Shown here: positions 15,603 to 17,177 of the stretch, piece by piece
Layout of the letters: each line of letters starts with the position of its first letter
Numbering within the stretch: the stretch's first letter is position 1
Assembly (NCBI GenBank): GCA_038245905.1
Contig: JBBRRY010000051.1
Span: forward strand, 1-17,177
Direction: 5' to 3'
From: Thermoanaerobaculia bacterium
GTDB taxonomy: Bacteria > Acidobacteriota > Thermoanaerobaculia > UBA5066
Length of the DNA stretch: 17,177 nucleotides
Translations under genes and position numbers: made by a program
The notes under the pieces: model-generated
Database searches by the model: none
What the model was told of the DNA's origin: nothing
The model's input: the letters and a program-made list of their open reading frames with translations, nothing else

Positions 15603-16367
15603 ATGAAGACAGGATCCGTGACGTTCAAGGCCGGTACATCCGTGATCAAGGAGGGTGAGCCGGGCCAGGAGATGTTCGTCGTCGAATCCGGCTCGGTGGA
15701 AGTCTTCCGCGGCAGCGGACGAAAAGAGCGCCGGCTCTCCCTCCTCGAGGCCGGAGATTTCTTCGGGGAAATGGCGCTTCTCGACAATCAGCCGCGCAGT
15801 GCGTCCGTCCGGGCGGCAACGGATTGCCAGCTCCTCGTGATCGACGCGACGACCCTCGACCATATGCTCCGCCAGCACGCGGAGGTCGCCGTGCGCATGC
15901 TTCGCAATCTCGCCGGACGCCTTCGTGAGGAGGCCGCGCGGGCCGACAAGGCCGAGACGGCGCTCGGCGCCGCCCCCGTGCCGGCCAGGCCCGAGCCGGC
16001 CAGGGCGGCGCCCAAGTCGTCGCCTCCCGCGCCCGCACCCGCGGATCGCTCGCGCACCCTGGTGCCCCCGGGCGCCGCCCCGATCCCCGTCCCGGACAAA
16101 AGCGACGTCAGCCTCGGACGTTTCGATTCGATCAGCGGCCTGGTGCCTGACATCGAGCTCGGCCCCCTCGACACCAAGAAACTCACGAGCCGGCGCCACG
16201 CGCGCCTCGTCCGCGAGAACGGCGAGACCTTCGTCCTCGAGGAGATCGGGACGGCGAACGGTACGTTTCTGAATGGCACCCGGATCGTCACCGGCGCCAA
16301 GACGCGCGTCGTCGACGGCGACACGCTGCGCTTCGGCGGCGTCGACCTCGTCTATCACGGCGCGTAG
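15603..16367 (+). CDS. Cyclic-nucleotide-binding domain + FHA domain protein
   Basis: FKAG..VIKEGEPG.EMFVVESGSVEV...GDFFGEMALL...PRSASVRA; Pro/Ala linker; LGR...SRRHA...GTANGTFLNG...DGDTLRFG (FHA GR/SxxH/NG). 254 aa. Confidence 0.93.
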   Translation: MKTGSVTFKAGTSVIKEGEPGQEMFVVESGSVEVFRGSGRKERRLSLLEAGDFFGEMALLDNQPRSASVRAATDCQLLVIDATTLDHMLRQHAEVAVRMLRNLAGRLREEAARADKAETALGAAPVPARPEPARAAPKSSPPAPAPADRSRTLVPPGAAPIPVPDKSDVSLGRFDSISGLVPDIELGPLDTKKLTSRRHARLVRENGETFVLEEIGTANGTFLNGTRIVTGAKTRVVDGDTLRFGGVDLVYHGA

Positions 16368-16391
16368 TCCCAGCCGCGCCCCGCCCGACGA

Positions 16392-16419
16392 GTGGCATGA
16401 GGCGGTCGCGTGCTAACGT
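16392..16419 (+). promoter_or_regulatory. Extended -10 promoter, probably leaderless, for the second STAS gene
   Basis: TG-C-TAACGT (16411-16419) ends 6 nt before GTG 16426; GTGGCA (16392-16397) 16 nt upstream of the hexamer; no SD. Confidence 0.5.
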
Positions 16420-16425
16420 TTATTC

Positions 16426-17019
16426 GTGCCCCTCGAGATCCGCGAAAGCCGCGAGGCCGAGATTCTCGTGCTCGAGCTCCTCGGACGGCTCGACACGAAG
16501 ACGTCCGGAGCGCTCGAAAAGTCCGTGGCCACGCACCTCGGGGCCGGCCAGCGACGGTTCATCCTCGACCTCGCCGGCATGGAATACGTCTCGAGCGCCG
16601 GCCTCAGGATCTTCCTCATGCTCGCAAAGAAGGTAACCGGCAGCACGGGCGGCCTCGCGCTGTGCGGCCTCAACCCCCAGGTCAAGGAAGTCTTCGACAT
16701 CGCCGGCTTCACGCGGCTCTTCACTCTTGCTGCAACTCGCGCGGAGGCGCTCGCGGGGGGCGGCAAGGCGCCCGCTCTCCCTGCGAAAAAACAAGCGAAG
16801 GCATCGGCCGCGAAGCCCTCCGCCGCGGATCCTGCGCCGGAAAGCGCGGCTCCACCCGCGCCTGCGGAATCTCTCGCGGGTCGGGCGGCGATGGCCTTCG
16901 GCATCGCGGCTCCCTCGGAACGACCCGTTCCTCCAGAGGTGCAGGACCTCGCGGCGCGGGCAGCGAAACTTCTCGTGCAGGGAGCTTCCGGAAAGAGCGG
17001 AGGCAAGGCCCCGGGCTGA
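16426..17019 (+). CDS. STAS anti-sigma factor antagonist with C-terminal extension
   Basis: LLGRLDTKTS..LE...FILDLAGMEYVSSAGLRIFL...LALCGLNPQVKEVFDIAGF, then about 85 aa of Ala/Pro/Lys-rich linker and a helical tail. Confidence 0.93.
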   Translation: MPLEIRESREAEILVLELLGRLDTKTSGALEKSVATHLGAGQRRFILDLAGMEYVSSAGLRIFLMLAKKVTGSTGGLALCGLNPQVKEVFDIAGFTRLFTLAATRAEALAGGGKAPALPAKKQAKASAAKPSAADPAPESAAPPAPAESLAGRAAMAFGIAAPSERPVPPEVQDLAARAAKLLVQGASGKSGGKAPG

Positions 17020-17040
17020 CGCGCCAACCAAAGAGGGACC

Positions 17041-17177
17041 TCAGACTGGCGCCCTCCGGGCGGTGCGGGCCGGCTGCGGCGCCGACGACTGGAAAGGACC
17101 GAGGCATACCAGTGTCACGTCGTCCCCGGCCGGTGTTCCCTGGAGGAAATCCTCGACCGAAGCGAGGACGCGCGCGA
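17041..17177 (-). CDS. PP2C/SpoIIE (RsbU-like) Ser/Thr phosphatase, C-terminal fragment
   Basis: Hand translation from 17175: ARVLASVEDFLQGTPAGDDVTLVCLGPFQSSAPQPARTARRAPV*. The V..F......DDxTL motif is typical of the SpoIIE-domain end. Not in the ORF track. Confidence 0.78.
   Translation of the reverse strand, partial: ARVLASVEDFLQGTPAGDDVTLVCLGPFQSSAPQPARTARRAPV

Noticed and set aside
128-16358. Long alternative ORFs (635..2188+, 2823..3992-, 4072..5340+, 4670..6346-, 5848..7155+, 8678..9661-, 11225..12583+, 12600..14885+, 15516..16358-)
   Set aside because: Arg/Pro/Ala-rich or antisense shadows of motif-bearing genes, expected at high GC; no family motifs.
16392-16414. Sigma54 promoter (TGGCA...TGC)
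   Set aside because: The GG-to-TGC spacing is longer than the required GG-N10-GC; an extended -10 fits better.
1-17177. CRISPR array, tRNA/rRNA, IS or prophage, anti-phage system
   Set aside because: All intergenic gaps are under about 85 nt, with no regular repeats and no integrase, transposase or nuclease motifs; the 'Abi' name for CPBP does not imply abortive infection.

Overview
GC-rich (roughly 70% by eye), gene-dense bacterial window; the style suggests Acidobacteriota or a similar lineage, but taxonomy is a guess. It holds about 20 CDS and no RNA genes, CRISPR array or mobile element that I can support. Left third: a partial secreted DUF11-like Ig-repeat protein missed by the ORF track, a hotdog-fold protein coupled to a nitronate monooxygenase/FabK-like flavoenzyme, and a divergent lipoprotein-MOSC-AstE/AspA set. 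Middle: a minus-strand rsbW-like kinase / STAS / CrtE-like polyprenyl synthase / degenerate membrane alkaline-phosphatase-family operon, and a secreted HExxH zincin. Right half: a dense signalling island. It has a minus-strand run of Rv1830(ResR/McdR)-like MerR regulator, GGDEF-PilZ cyclase, membrane histidine kinase, stand-alone receiver, degenerate-GGDEF-EAL phosphodiesterase and CPBP protease. Divergent from it are a cNMP-FHA protein and a tailed STAS protein, facing a partial PP2C/SpoIIE phosphatase also missed by the ORF track. The best candidate for an undescribed system is this c-di-GMP operon flanked by partner-switching parts with no sigma factor in the window. All family calls come from motif recognition, not database searches.
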